DNA from: Bacteroidales bacterium
GTDB lineage: Bacteria; Bacteroidota; Bacteroidia; Bacteroidales; JAAYJT01
Direction of reading: 5' to 3'
DNA length: 64,000 nucleotides
Assembly: GCA_014860575.1 (NCBI GenBank)
Contig: JACZJK010000016.1
Span: 281,935 to 345,934 of the forward strand
The notes under the pieces are model-generated. The model ran no database searches. It worked only from the letters and a program-made list of their open reading frames with translations, and was not told where the DNA came from. This document shows positions 52,354 through 61,591 of the stretch, in pieces. Within the stretch, counting starts at the first letter, position 1, and the number at the start of each line of letters is the position of its first letter. A program made the position numbers and the translations under genes.

Positions 52354-54261
52354 ATGAAAAACAATTATTTACTTTTCCTGTTAATCCCGGCAATGTTTAT
52401 ACTAATTACCGGGTGTAGTAATCAAAGTACAATGAGCGCAAAACAAATTCCACTTGAAGATTTTTTCAAAAACCCTGAAAAAACTGCTTACCAGATTTCC
52501 CCCGAAGGGAAGTACTATTCATTCATGGCTCCCTACATGAACCGTTTGAACATCTTTGTCCAGGAAATCGGGAAGGACGAACCTATTCAACTAACCAGCG
52601 ACACCGCCCGCGATATTGCCGGCTATTTCTGGGCCAATGAAAACCGTATTCTTTATCTGAAAGATACCGGTGGAGATGAAAATTTCAAACTTCTCGCCGT
52701 GAATGCCGATGGCAGCAATGCTATTGCGCTTACCGATTTTGAAGGCGTTCGCACCATGATCATTGACGACCTCGAAAACATACCAAACGAAGTTATTGTC
52801 GGGCTCAACAAACGCGATCCCGTTGTGTTCGATCCTTACCGCCTCAACATTGAAACCGGCGAACTGACCATGCTTGCCGAAAATCCCGGAACCGTCCAAA
52901 GCTGGGTTACCGATCATGACGGAAAACTCAGGCTTGCTGTTGCCATTGTGGATGGGGTAAATGCCAGCATTCTTTACCGCGATACCGAAGCCGATGAATT
53001 CCGCACTGTGCTCACAACCAATTTCAAGGAATCGGTTTCCCCGGCATTCTTCACATTCGACAATCAAGCCATTTTTGCCATTTCCAACCTTGGCCGCGAT
53101 AAATCAGCCGTTGTAATCTTCGATCCGGCAACCGGAAAAGAAACAGAAATCCTTTATGACAACGATGAATACGACGTTTCTTCATTGTTCTATTCACGTA
53201 AGCGCATGGTTCTCACCAGCGCCAGCTTTACATCCTGGAAACGCGAACGTCATTTCTTCGATGATGAAACATCCAAAATCTTTGATCGCCTCAACCGCGA
53301 CCTCGGAGATTATGAGTTCGGGCTTAGTGCATCAACCCGTGCCGAAGATAAATATATCGTACGAACCTACAGCGACCGCTCATTGGGTTCGTATTACCTC
53401 TATGACAAAAACACCGACGAGTTAACTAAAATTTCGGACGTCAGCCCCTGGCTCGATGAAAACGAAATGGCCAAAATGGAGCCTATCAAATATACCTCGC
53501 GCGATGGCATGACAATTCATGGCTATCTTACACTGCCCAAGGGATTTACAATGGAAAAAGCCAAGGATCTCCCGGTAGTGGTTAATCCTCACGGCGGACC
53601 CTGGGCACGCGATACATGGGGTTTTAATCCCGAAATTCAATTTCTTGCGAACCGTGGATTTGCTATCCTTCAAGTAAATTTCCGCGGATCAACAGGATAT
53701 GGCCGCGCGTTCTGGGAATCCTCATTTAAACAGTGGGGAAAAACCATGCAGGACGATATTACAGATGGCGTTAACTGGCTGATTGAACAAGGTATTGCCG
53801 ACAAGGATCGCATTGCCATTTATGGCGCCAGCTACGGCGGATATGCTACACTTGCTGGCCTGGCGTTCACACCCGAACTGTATGCTGCCGGCGTTGATTA
53901 CGTGGGCGTTTCCAATCTTTTCACTTTTATGAACACCATTCCTCCTTACTGGAAACCTATGCTCGATATGCTTTACGAAATGGTAGGCGATCCGGTTCAG
54001 GACAGTTTATTGATGCGCGATGCATCTCCGGTATTTCATGCCGATAAAATTGTTGCCCCGCTTTTTGTTGCACAGGGTAAAAACGATCCCAGGGTGAATG
54101 TAGACGAATCGGATCAGATGGTGGAAGCTTTACGCGCCCGTGGCGTTGAAATTGAATACATGGTGAAAGACAATGAAGGCCATGGCTTCCGCAACGAAGA
54201 AAACCGCTTTGACTTCTACCGCTCCATGGAGAAGTTTTTGCAGGAGCATTTGATGGAGTAA
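52354..54261 (+). CDS. S9 family (prolyl oligopeptidase/DPP-type) serine peptidase, lipoprotein
   Basis: Lipobox ILITGC, an N-terminal propeller, and a catalytic domain with GASYGGY, D (GKNDPRV) and H (EGHGF). Confidence 0.9.
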   Translation: MKNNYLLFLLIPAMFILITGCSNQSTMSAKQIPLEDFFKNPEKTAYQISPEGKYYSFMAPYMNRLNIFVQEIGKDEPIQLTSDTARDIAGYFWANENRILYLKDTGGDENFKLLAVNADGSNAIALTDFEGVRTMIIDDLENIPNEVIVGLNKRDPVVFDPYRLNIETGELTMLAENPGTVQSWVTDHDGKLRLAVAIVDGVNASILYRDTEADEFRTVLTTNFKESVSPAFFTFDNQAIFAISNLGRDKSAVVIFDPATGKETEILYDNDEYDVSSLFYSRKRMVLTSASFTSWKRERHFFDDETSKIFDRLNRDLGDYEFGLSASTRAEDKYIVRTYSDRSLGSYYLYDKNTDELTKISDVSPWLDENEMAKMEPIKYTSRDGMTIHGYLTLPKGFTMEKAKDLPVVVNPHGGPWARDTWGFNPEIQFLANRGFAILQVNFRGSTGYGRAFWESSFKQWGKTMQDDITDGVNWLIEQGIADKDRIAIYGASYGGYATLAGLAFTPELYAAGVDYVGVSNLFTFMNTIPPYWKPMLDMLYEMVGDPVQDSLLMRDASPVFHADKIVAPLFVAQGKNDPRVNVDESDQMVEALRARGVEIEYMVKDNEGHGFRNEENRFDFYRSMEKFLQEHLME

Positions 54262-54272
54262 GGCTGGATTAA

Positions 54273-54370
54273 CCGCTAAGACGCAAAGACGCAAGGTTTG
54301 GTTTTCAACTCTTTGCGCCTTCGCGTCCTTGCGGTGAACTGTCTTTGCGCCTTAGCGTCTTCGCGGTGAA
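54273..54370. repeat. 8-nt-periodic GC-rich repeat with inverted copies (candidate bidirectional terminator)
   Basis: ccgctaagacgcaaagacgcaagg (54273-54296) is followed by two 28-nt direct copies, ctttgcgccttcgcgtccttgcggtgaa (54311-54338) and ctttgcgccttagcgtcttcgcggtgaa (54343-54370), that are partly complementary to it. The site lies between the convergent S9 peptidase and metG genes. Confidence 0.75.
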
Positions 54371-54374
54371 ACCA

Positions 54375-56471
54375 CTACTTCACCTCACTCCCATTCTCCG
54401 TCTTTTCCGGAGGGCTGATAAAGAAAAGCTTTCCTGTACTATCTTCCGCCATCAAAATCATGCCGTGTGATTCGATACCCTTGATTTCGCGTGGGGCAAG
54501 GTTCACAAGAATAGAAACCTGTTTGCCAATGATTTCTTCAGGATTAAAATATTCTGCAATGCCGGAAACTACTGTGCGTTTATCAATGCCGGTATCAATT
54601 TTCAGTTTCAGCAATTTTTTGGTTTTGGGTACTTTTTCGGCTTCCAGGATGGTTCCGGTGCGGATATCCATTTTTATGAAATCTTCATAAGAGATTTCTG
54701 GTTTTGCAGGATTAGCAGCCGGTGTGCTGTTGTTCTGGTTTGCCTCTTTGGTTTTCAACAATTTCTGAACCTGTTTTTCAATGGCTTCATCTTCGATGCG
54801 TGAGAAAAGAAGTTCAGGCTGATTAAGCAGATGCCCGGGTTTTAACAAATCCCGTTGGCCGGCTTCTGCCCATGGCAAGGCTTCGAGGTTCAGCATTTGA
54901 TAGAGCTTTTCGGAAGTGAATGGCAGAAATGGAGCTGAGAGCGCTGCAAGGTTCGCACAAACCTGCAGCGAAACATTCAATATCGTACGAACACGGGTTT
55001 CGTTGGTTTTATAAACTTTCCAGGGCTCGGTTTCGGTGAGGTATTTATTGCCGGCACGGGCCAGGTTCATTAACTCAGCAAGCGCTTCCCTGAACCGGTA
55101 ATGCTCAAGGCTATGCGCAATGCGTGAAGGGAATTTACCGATCTCATCAAGGATTTCCTGATCGGTTGAGGTTAAGTCTGCCCGCTCAGGCACCTTGCCA
55201 TCAAAATATTTATGGGTAAGCACCAGCGTACGGTTCACAAAATTACCGAAAATGGCCACCAGCTCGCTGTTGTTGCGGGTCTGAAAATCTTTCCAGGTGA
55301 AATCGTTGTCCTTGGTTTCCGGAGCGTTGGCCGTGAGCACATAGCGCAGCACATCCTGCTGGCCGGGAAAATCTTCAAGGTATTCATGCAGCCAAACTGC
55401 CCAATTGCGCGAAGTGCTGATCTTATCGTTTTCGAGGTTCAGAAACTCATTGGCCGGTACGTTTTCGGGTAAAATATAGGAACCTTCAGCCCTCAGCATG
55501 CCCGGGAAAACTATGCAGTGGAAAACAATATTGTCCTTGCCGATGAAATGCACCAGTTTGGTTTCATTGTCTTTCCACCAGGGTTCCCAGTTCACTTGTT
55601 CCTTGCTTCCCTGGCTTTTGAGTTCAGCATTTTTCTGATCCGCCCATTCGCGGGTGGCCGAAATGTAGCCGATGGGCGCATCAAACCACACATATAAGAC
55701 TTTGCCTTTGGCATCGTCCAGCGGAACTTTCACGCCCCAATCGAGGTCGCGGGTAACGGCGCGGGGATGCAGGCCCTGATCAATCCAGGATTTGCACTGC
55801 CCGTAAACATTGGTTTTCCAGTCGTTTTTATGACCCTTCAGTATCCAGTCGGTGAGCCAGCCGGTGTATTTATCCAGTGGCAGGAACCAGTGTTTGGTTT
55901 CTTTCAGAACCGGTTGGTTCCCACTCAATACTGAGCGTGGGTTGATCAGGTCGGTGGGACTAAGCGAGGTTCCGCAATTCTCGCATTGGTCGCCGTAAGC
56001 TTTTTCATAATTGCAGTGCGGACAGCTGCCGGTGATGTAGCGATCGGCAAGGAATTGCCTGTTTTCCTCGTCGTAAAGCTGCATGGAAGTTTTTTCAATA
56101 AACTCGCCTTTTTCGTAAAGCGTGGTAAAAAATTGCGATGCCGTTTCGTGGTGTATGGCGTTGGAAGTGCGGCTGTAAATATCGAAGGCAATGCCAAAAT
56201 CGGCAAATGACTTTTTGATGATATGATGGTATTTGTCAACGATTTCCTGTGGGCTTACCCCTTCCTGCCTGGCTTTGATGGTGATAGGAACCCCATGCTC
56301 ATCCGATCCGCAGATGTAGATAACATCTTCAGCTTTCAGGCGCAGATATCGCACATAAATATCGGCCGGCACATACACCCCGGCAAGGTGGCCAATGTGA
56401 ACCGGGCCGTTGGCATAAGGCAATGCCGCCGTAACGGTGTAACGTTTAAAATTCTTTTTATTCTCTGTCAT
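54375..56471 (-). CDS. metG: methionine--tRNA ligase with C-terminal tRNA-binding (Trbp111/EMAP-like) domain
   Basis: [14 protein letters not shown] (HIGH), Zn knuckle CPHC...CENCG, KISTS (KMSKS), and C-terminal [18 protein letters not shown] prefer ATG 56471 ([11 protein letters not shown]). The listed 56717 start adds 82 non-homologous residues. Confidence 0.95.
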   Translation of the reverse strand: MTENKKNFKRYTVTAALPYANGPVHIGHLAGVYVPADIYVRYLRLKAEDVIYICGSDEHGVPITIKARQEGVSPQEIVDKYHHIIKKSFADFGIAFDIYSRTSNAIHHETASQFFTTLYEKGEFIEKTSMQLYDEENRQFLADRYITGSCPHCNYEKAYGDQCENCGTSLSPTDLINPRSVLSGNQPVLKETKHWFLPLDKYTGWLTDWILKGHKNDWKTNVYGQCKSWIDQGLHPRAVTRDLDWGVKVPLDDAKGKVLYVWFDAPIGYISATREWADQKNAELKSQGSKEQVNWEPWWKDNETKLVHFIGKDNIVFHCIVFPGMLRAEGSYILPENVPANEFLNLENDKISTSRNWAVWLHEYLEDFPGQQDVLRYVLTANAPETKDNDFTWKDFQTRNNSELVAIFGNFVNRTLVLTHKYFDGKVPERADLTSTDQEILDEIGKFPSRIAHSLEHYRFREALAELMNLARAGNKYLTETEPWKVYKTNETRVRTILNVSLQVCANLAALSAPFLPFTSEKLYQMLNLEALPWAEAGQRDLLKPGHLLNQPELLFSRIEDEAIEKQVQKLLKTKEANQNNSTPAANPAKPEISYEDFIKMDIRTGTILEAEKVPKTKKLLKLKIDTGIDKRTVVSGIAEYFNPEEIIGKQVSILVNLAPREIKGIESHGMILMAEDSTGKLFFISPPEKTENGSEVK

Positions 56472-56505
56472 ATAAGGCGTTGATTGTAGCTGTTTTTGAA
56501 GTGTG

Positions 56506-56513
56506 CAAAGATA
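56506..56513 (-). promoter_or_regulatory. Bacteroidota -7 box TATCTTTG
   Basis: Exact match on the minus strand, 34 nt upstream of the metG ATG 56471. Confidence 0.45.
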
Positions 56514-56590
56514 TGGATTTTCGGCTGGAAGCTGTATTCCCAATCCTATCGCACCCGGCGAAAGGATAGATAAAAACCCGGTAAACGATC

Positions 56591-56619
56591 CCGTCCGACC
56601 GCTCCCCGCGGTCTGACGG
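56591..56619. repeat. 29-nt GC-rich palindrome, inverted copy at 56769-56790
   Basis: ccgtccgaccgctccccgcggtctgacgg. Its reverse complement ccgtcagaccgcggggagcggt matches ccgtcagaccgcctggagcggt at 56769-56790 in 20 of 22 positions. Confidence 0.75.
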
Positions 56620-56866
56620 ATAAATCTTAAAGCCATTGAACTTGTCTGTCGTAAGAGCTGCACTAAAAAAATTATCCGTGAATCCGCCCCGGCAGACACG
56701 TCAGTGGCAACCAACAATCCGCGATCATCCGCTAAATCTGCTTCATCTGCGTTCTATTTCTTAATTACCCGTCAGACCGCCTGGAGCGGTTACAGCAAAT
56801 ACCAGATGCAGAAGTTTTGCCTTCTAAGTCCCAAATTATTTGCAGATTTGCAAAAAATCAGCGGCC

Positions 56867-57892
56867 ATGACTACTCCCCCGTTTCTGAAAAAAGGTGATA
56901 AAATTGGCATTATAGCGCCCGCACGATGGGTCACGCCCGCAGAAATTGAACCTGTGCTGAAAGTTTTTGAGAGCTGGGGGCTTGAAGTGCTGAGAGGCGA
57001 AAACCTGTACAAACAATACCATCAATTTGCCGGAACCGATGAAAAACGCGCCGCCGATATGCAGTCCATGCTGGATAGCGACAATATCAGGGCCATCATC
57101 TGTGCACGTGGCGGATATGGAACGGTTCGTATTATTGACAAACTGGATTTCAGGAAATTTGCCGGAAACCCCAAATGGATAGCCGGTTTCAGCGATGTTA
57201 CCGCTTTGCATTCCCATATCGAAAGGCAATACGGAATTGAAACCCTGCATGCACCCATGCCCTTCAGCTACAAGGATGACAATGCATCAGCAGAATCTTT
57301 CGAATCGCTGAGAAAGGCTTTGTTTGGCGAAAGTTTATCCTACGAAACCGAAGCGGGTAAGTTTTCAAGGAAAGGCACAGCACAGGCTCCGATCACAGGT
57401 GGAAACCTCTCCATGCTTTACAGCATCAGCGGCTCGGCCTCGGAATGCGATACGGCTGGTAAAATCCTTTTTATCGAAGACGTGGATGAATACCTGTATC
57501 ATGTTGACCGCATGATGCAACAGCTTAAACGCAGCGGAAAGCTTGCCAACCTTGCCGGCCTGGTGGTGGGCAGCATGAGCAAAATGCGCGATAACCAGGT
57601 GGCGTTCGGGAAAACAGCACAGCAGATTATTGCCGAAGGCGTGAAAGAATACGATTATCCGGTATTGTTTGATTTTCCGGCAGGCCATGACGCTTTGAAC
57701 CAAACCCTGATTTTGGGTCGAACCGTAAGCCTTGAAGTAGGAGAAAAAGCAAGACTTGTTTTCCTGCAACCCAGCCCGGAAAAGTTCAAAAAAGCCGCCC
57801 GCCGCAACATTCTCAAAAGCATTGGATTCACATTTTTACTCTTCGCTGCCATATATTTGCTCTACTATTTCGCGATCAAGATCTTGTTGTAA
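56867..57892 (+). CDS. LD-carboxypeptidase (S66) with C-terminal TM helix
   Basis: LKKGDKIGIIAPA, nucleophile elbow GFSDVTALH, and FIEDVDE..H. I prefer ATG 56867. Confidence 0.85.
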   Translation: MTTPPFLKKGDKIGIIAPARWVTPAEIEPVLKVFESWGLEVLRGENLYKQYHQFAGTDEKRAADMQSMLDSDNIRAIICARGGYGTVRIIDKLDFRKFAGNPKWIAGFSDVTALHSHIERQYGIETLHAPMPFSYKDDNASAESFESLRKALFGESLSYETEAGKFSRKGTAQAPITGGNLSMLYSISGSASECDTAGKILFIEDVDEYLYHVDRMMQQLKRSGKLANLAGLVVGSMSKMRDNQVAFGKTAQQIIAEGVKEYDYPVLFDFPAGHDALNQTLILGRTVSLEVGEKARLVFLQPSPEKFKKAARRNILKSIGFTFLLFAAIYLLYYFAIKILL

Positions 57893-58080
57893 GTTCAAAG
57901 TTCAAAGTTCAAAGTTCAAAGTTCAAAGTTTAAAAGACCAACAAATTGACATATTAACCACTTAACACTCCATCACTCCATCACTCCATCACTCCAATAC
58001 TCCATTACTCCAACCAATCATCCACCTACTGCATCACAGCATCACTGCATCACAGCATCACTGCATCACAAATCCCACAT
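57893..58080 (+). repeat. composite short-tandem-repeat locus C
   Basis: (GTTCAAA)x5 plus GTTTAAA lie at 57893-57934, immediately after the stop codon. Then come 8-nt arrays catcactc x3-6 (~57966-58015) and cactgcat|cacagcat x2.5 (~58029-58072). The top strand has only a handful of G. Confidence 0.92.
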
Positions 58081-58085
58081 AAAAA

Positions 58086-58448
58086 ATGGCTGAACACAAC
58101 GAATTAGGCAAATCCGGCGAGCAATTTGCCGTTGAGCACCTGAAGAAACAGGGATATAAGATCCTTGAAACCAACTGGCGTTCAGGGAAATTTGAAATTG
58201 ATGTGATCGCCCAGGGCAAGGATCAGATCATTGTTGCAGAAGTTAAAACACGCACATCAAACTTCCTCATGGAGCCCGAAGCCGCCGTTACCAAAGAAAA
58301 ACGACGGATGCTGATAGGCGCTGCAAACATCTATGTGCAACGCAATAATATTGACCTCGAAGTCCGCTTTGATATTATTTCAATTGTGATCTCAAAGGAA
58401 GAGTTTCGCCTCAATCATCTTGAGGATGCTTTTTATCCCACCATGTAG
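58086..58448 (+). CDS. YraN family (UPF0102) endonuclease-like protein
   Basis: GKSGEQFAVEHLKKQGYKILETNWRSGKFEIDVIA...VAEVK matches the YraN pattern. Confidence 0.85.
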   Translation: MAEHNELGKSGEQFAVEHLKKQGYKILETNWRSGKFEIDVIAQGKDQIIVAEVKTRTSNFLMEPEAAVTKEKRRMLIGAANIYVQRNNIDLEVRFDIISIVISKEEFRLNHLEDAFYPTM

Positions 58449-58462
58449 CTCGGCGTTGATGG

Positions 58463-59584
58463 CTATTCCGAACGGAAAATGAAAACAGGTTTGCTGAAAC
58501 GTGAAAGCGCCTGGCGTGTAATGCTGGGTGTGAATAACTTTGTGAACATGTTGCGCTTATGCGTATTGAAACTTACAAGCCCGATATTGTTGTTCCGCAT
58601 ATAAGTTTCCAACCCGTTTAGAATATTATCGCTGACCATGATGGAGCATTTAAGCCGTTGCGATGGATATTCTTCTTTGATGTAATTGTGCATTTCATCC
58701 ATTTTAACTGAATCCCATGCCTTTTTCCGGCCTATGCTCACGTGCACACAATGAAGCTTCATGTCAAACAGCCGGATAAGATTAAGGAGCTTATTCAAGG
58801 CTGCATAATCAGTATCATCAAAATCGGTTGCATAAAGAATGTTCTTTGTTTTTTCAATCCCTTTAAAAGTCGCCGAAGCCGGTATGGTGAGCAGCGGCAC
58901 ATGCAATCTGTCAATGAGTCGTAAGGTTACACTGCCGAAGATCCCTGCAGTTTGTTCACCGATGCCATGGGTTCCCATAATGACAATACCCGGATTATAC
59001 TTTTCAATTATCTCAACGATGGCTTCCTCGGCAAAACCATTGGCCAGGCTTGCAGAAATCCTGATCTTTCCAAGTTTTTTCCTTACAATGTATTGATTCA
59101 ACTCATGAACAAGTTCATGCAACTGCTTTTTTGCTTTAATCTCAATCTCTTCGAAATATTTATCGAAGTTTGCCTGGTACATGTGAGCCCCCTCATAAGC
59201 AGGCATCTCCATGACGGGTTTAAAGTACGCATGAAATAGTTTTACTTCTGCCTTGAATTTTGCCGCCAATCCAATCGCATACTGGCATGCATTCAGGGAA
59301 TAATCGGAAAAGTCAACCGGCAAAAGAATACGCCGCACGCTGTGCATTTGTTTCACCGTTTTTTCCTTGCCTTTTCCAGCAACATCACTTGCTTTTTTGA
59401 TGATACGAAGGGCTTTTTCAACATCGTTGTCTCTTACCTTTAACTTCACACCGCTTCCAATAGCAGGCTGTACGATATTTATATTGGACAAAAAACAATC
59501 AATCCCTGCATCCTCAAGTTGTGATTGAAGCAGTAAAGCACGCGAATAGGTATGATAGGCAATTGTGGTAAGTTTATCTTCCAT
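58463..59584 (-). CDS. tandem universal stress protein (2x Usp) with N-terminal DUF2007-like domain
   Basis: The N-terminal ~70 aa is beta-alpha (ARALLLQSQLEDAGIDCFL). Two Usp modules follow, with ILLPVDFSD / ILYATDFDD and GTHG motifs. Confidence 0.7.
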   Translation of the reverse strand: MEDKLTTIAYHTYSRALLLQSQLEDAGIDCFLSNINIVQPAIGSGVKLKVRDNDVEKALRIIKKASDVAGKGKEKTVKQMHSVRRILLPVDFSDYSLNACQYAIGLAAKFKAEVKLFHAYFKPVMEMPAYEGAHMYQANFDKYFEEIEIKAKKQLHELVHELNQYIVRKKLGKIRISASLANGFAEEAIVEIIEKYNPGIVIMGTHGIGEQTAGIFGSVTLRLIDRLHVPLLTIPASATFKGIEKTKNILYATDFDDTDYAALNKLLNLIRLFDMKLHCVHVSIGRKKAWDSVKMDEMHNYIKEEYPSQRLKCSIMVSDNILNGLETYMRNNNIGLVSFNTHKRNMFTKLFTPSITRQALSRFSKPVFIFRSE

Positions 59585-59692
59585 GACCGCAGTTTTTAAA
59601 TTGAAGCCTAAATGTACAACTTATTACAAGCAACGCAACAGCGGGCTAGGAGTTTTTTATCTGCGAGCACCAAAAGAATGACTGAATTTTCG

Positions 59693-59700
59693 TACTTTTG
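59693..59700 (+). promoter_or_regulatory. Bacteroidota -7 box TACTTTTG
   Basis: Exact match, 22 nt upstream of ATG 59723. Confidence 0.5.
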
Positions 59701-59722
59701 CAGCCTAATTTTCACAAAATCA

Positions 59723-61501
59723 ATGGAAAACAACAAAAGAGGGCAGGGCGGCAGAAAAAAGGATGACAACAATCCTGAGAAGCGTTCATCAAGGCCTCCA
59801 CGCAGTAATAGTAAAACAGGTGCCAGCAGGACTGCCCGCACCGAAAAACCCTTCAAAAAGGAGAGATCAGAATCCGGCAGGGATGATTCCACTGGGTTCC
59901 GCAAAGATAAACCCACAGAATATACAAGATCAAGATCATCCGGCCCCGGAAGGCCATGGACAAGTAAGCAAGGCGACGACAAACCGTCAGGTTACATGCG
60001 CACATCGCGCACTGATTCCGGCGACGATAAGTCTTCGGGATACAAGCGCTCACCGCGTTCGGATTCCGGTGATTACAAACCATCAGGTTACGGCAAGCAA
60101 AGATCATCCGGTCCGGGAAGGCCACGGTCGAGTGAACGAAGCGACGATAAGCCATCGGGTTACAGACGCGATACACGTTCTGATTCTGGTGATTACAAAC
60201 CATCAGGATACGGCAAAGAAAGATCATCCGGTCCGGGAAGGCCACGCTCAAGTGAGCGAAGCGATGATAAACCATCGGGTTACAAACGTGATACACGTTC
60301 GGATTCGGGCGATTACAAACCATCTGGCTACGGCAAAGAAAGATCATCAGGCCCCGGAAGGCCACGCTCAAGTGAGCGAAGCGATGATAAACCCTCTGGT
60401 TACAGGCGCGATACACGCTCTGATTCGGGCGAATACAAACCATCAGGTTATGGTAAAGAAAGATCATCCGGTCCCGGAAGGCCACGCTCAAGTGAGCGAG
60501 GCGATGATAAACCCTCTGGTTACAAGCGCGAACCGCGTTCGGATTCCAGCGATTACAAACCATCAGGTTACGGCAAAGAAAGATCATCCGGTCCCGGAAG
60601 GCCACGGTCAAGTGAGCGGGGCGATGATAAACCTTCTCGCTATGGCAAAGAAAGTACAGCCGGTTCGGGCAGGGGCAGATCATCGGATCGTGGCGAAGAA
60701 AGGCCATCGGCTTACCGCAAACCAAGATCTTCATACGATACAGGAAAACCAGCAGCTAGGAAATCACGGCCAGTTAAAGCTGATGAAAATGCGCCTTTGC
60801 GCCTGAATAAATTTATTGCCAATGCCGGGGTTTGCTCAAGGCGTGAAGCCGATAAAATGATTGAAGCCGGCGCTGTAACAGTCAACGGTGTAATCGTAAC
60901 AGAACTGGGCACTAAGGTGAGTCCATCCGATAAGGTGCAGTTGGGTGAGCAAACGCTCTCGTCAGAAAGACTGCGCTATGTTTTGCTCAACAAACCCAAA
61001 GGTTATATCACAACCTCCGATGACCCTTTCAAACGTAACACTGTGATGAACCTCATTGGCGATGCCTGCAAGGAACGAATTTATCCTGTGGGAAGGTTGG
61101 ATCGTAACACTACTGGCCTGCTACTTTTCACCAACGATGGCGAACTCACTAAACGGCTTACCCACCCGCGTTTTGGCGTTCGCAAAATATATGATGTTGA
61201 ACTTGACAAGACCCTGAGCAAAAAGGATATGGAGAGTATTGCCGCAGGTGTTGAATTTGAAGGTGAAACCATCATTGTTGATGAGATTGCGTACGTTGAA
61301 TATGAAAAGAACAAAAAGCATGTTGGCATCGAACTGCATTCGGGTCAGAACCGAGTGGTACGCAGGATTTTTGAACAGTTTGGCTACGAAGTACTAAAGC
61401 TTGATCGCGTAATGATCGGCAGTCTTACCAAGAAAGATTTGCAACGCGGTTTCTGGCGGCATCTGACTGATATGGAAGTTAGGATGCTGAAAAGGCTTTG
61501 A
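59723..61501 (+). CDS. RluB/RsuA-family pseudouridine synthase with ~310-aa repetitive basic/Ser-rich N-terminal extension
   Basis: S4 domain (LRLNKFIANAGVCSRREADKMI). Catalytic YPVGRLDRNTTGLLLFTNDGEL. I prefer ATG 59723 (MENNKRGQGG...), 22 nt after a TACTTTTG box. Confidence 0.85.
   Translation: MENNKRGQGGRKKDDNNPEKRSSRPPRSNSKTGASRTARTEKPFKKERSESGRDDSTGFRKDKPTEYTRSRSSGPGRPWTSKQGDDKPSGYMRTSRTDSGDDKSSGYKRSPRSDSGDYKPSGYGKQRSSGPGRPRSSERSDDKPSGYRRDTRSDSGDYKPSGYGKERSSGPGRPRSSERSDDKPSGYKRDTRSDSGDYKPSGYGKERSSGPGRPRSSERSDDKPSGYRRDTRSDSGEYKPSGYGKERSSGPGRPRSSERGDDKPSGYKREPRSDSSDYKPSGYGKERSSGPGRPRSSERGDDKPSRYGKESTAGSGRGRSSDRGEERPSAYRKPRSSYDTGKPAARKSRPVKADENAPLRLNKFIANAGVCSRREADKMIEAGAVTVNGVIVTELGTKVSPSDKVQLGEQTLSSERLRYVLLNKPKGYITTSDDPFKRNTVMNLIGDACKERIYPVGRLDRNTTGLLLFTNDGELTKRLTHPRFGVRKIYDVELDKTLSKKDMESIAAGVEFEGETIIVDEIAYVEYEKNKKHVGIELHSGQNRVVRRIFEQFGYEVLKLDRVMIGSLTKKDLQRGFWRHLTDMEVRMLKRL
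59930..60660 (+). repeat. ~6 tandem copies of a 120-nt (40-codon) in-frame repeat inside the pseudouridine synthase gene
   Basis: The protein unit is RSSGPGRPRSSERSDDKPSGY[RK]RDTRSDSGDYKPSGYGKE. The copies differ mostly at third codon positions. Confidence 0.9.
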
Positions 61502-61591
61502 AAGTTCTGAACTTCTGATGTTGCATTTGATAAACCGTACAATCGAAGTCTTTATAACACCCCCCAAGTTGCTGTCCCGATATGTAAAATC

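Noticed and set aside
56472-56717. An 82-codon N-terminal extension of metG in the ORF track.
   Set aside because: MetRS homology begins at [28 protein letters not shown] (ATG 56471). The extension runs through a TATCTTTG promoter box and the GC-rich palindromes.
57893-58080. The possibility that the tandem arrays at 29.4, 50.5 and 57.9 kb are CRISPR arrays.
   Set aside because: The periods are 7-16 nt with no unique spacers, no 25-40-nt repeats and no cas genes in the window.
59608-59982. A 124-aa minus-strand ORF across the rluB upstream region and 5' end.
   Set aside because: It overlaps the TACTTTTG promoter box and the repeat-encoding region. Its composition is Leu/Pro/Ser-rich antisense with no motif.
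59763-60806. A 347-aa ORF in an alternative plus frame, plus a 293-aa antisense ORF (59853..60734), overlapping the pseudouridine synthase gene.
   Set aside because: Both lie entirely in the 120-nt tandem array. Once one unit lacks stops in a frame, the whole array does. Their products are low-complexity with no start context, and substitutions between repeat units are synonymous only in the RluB frame.
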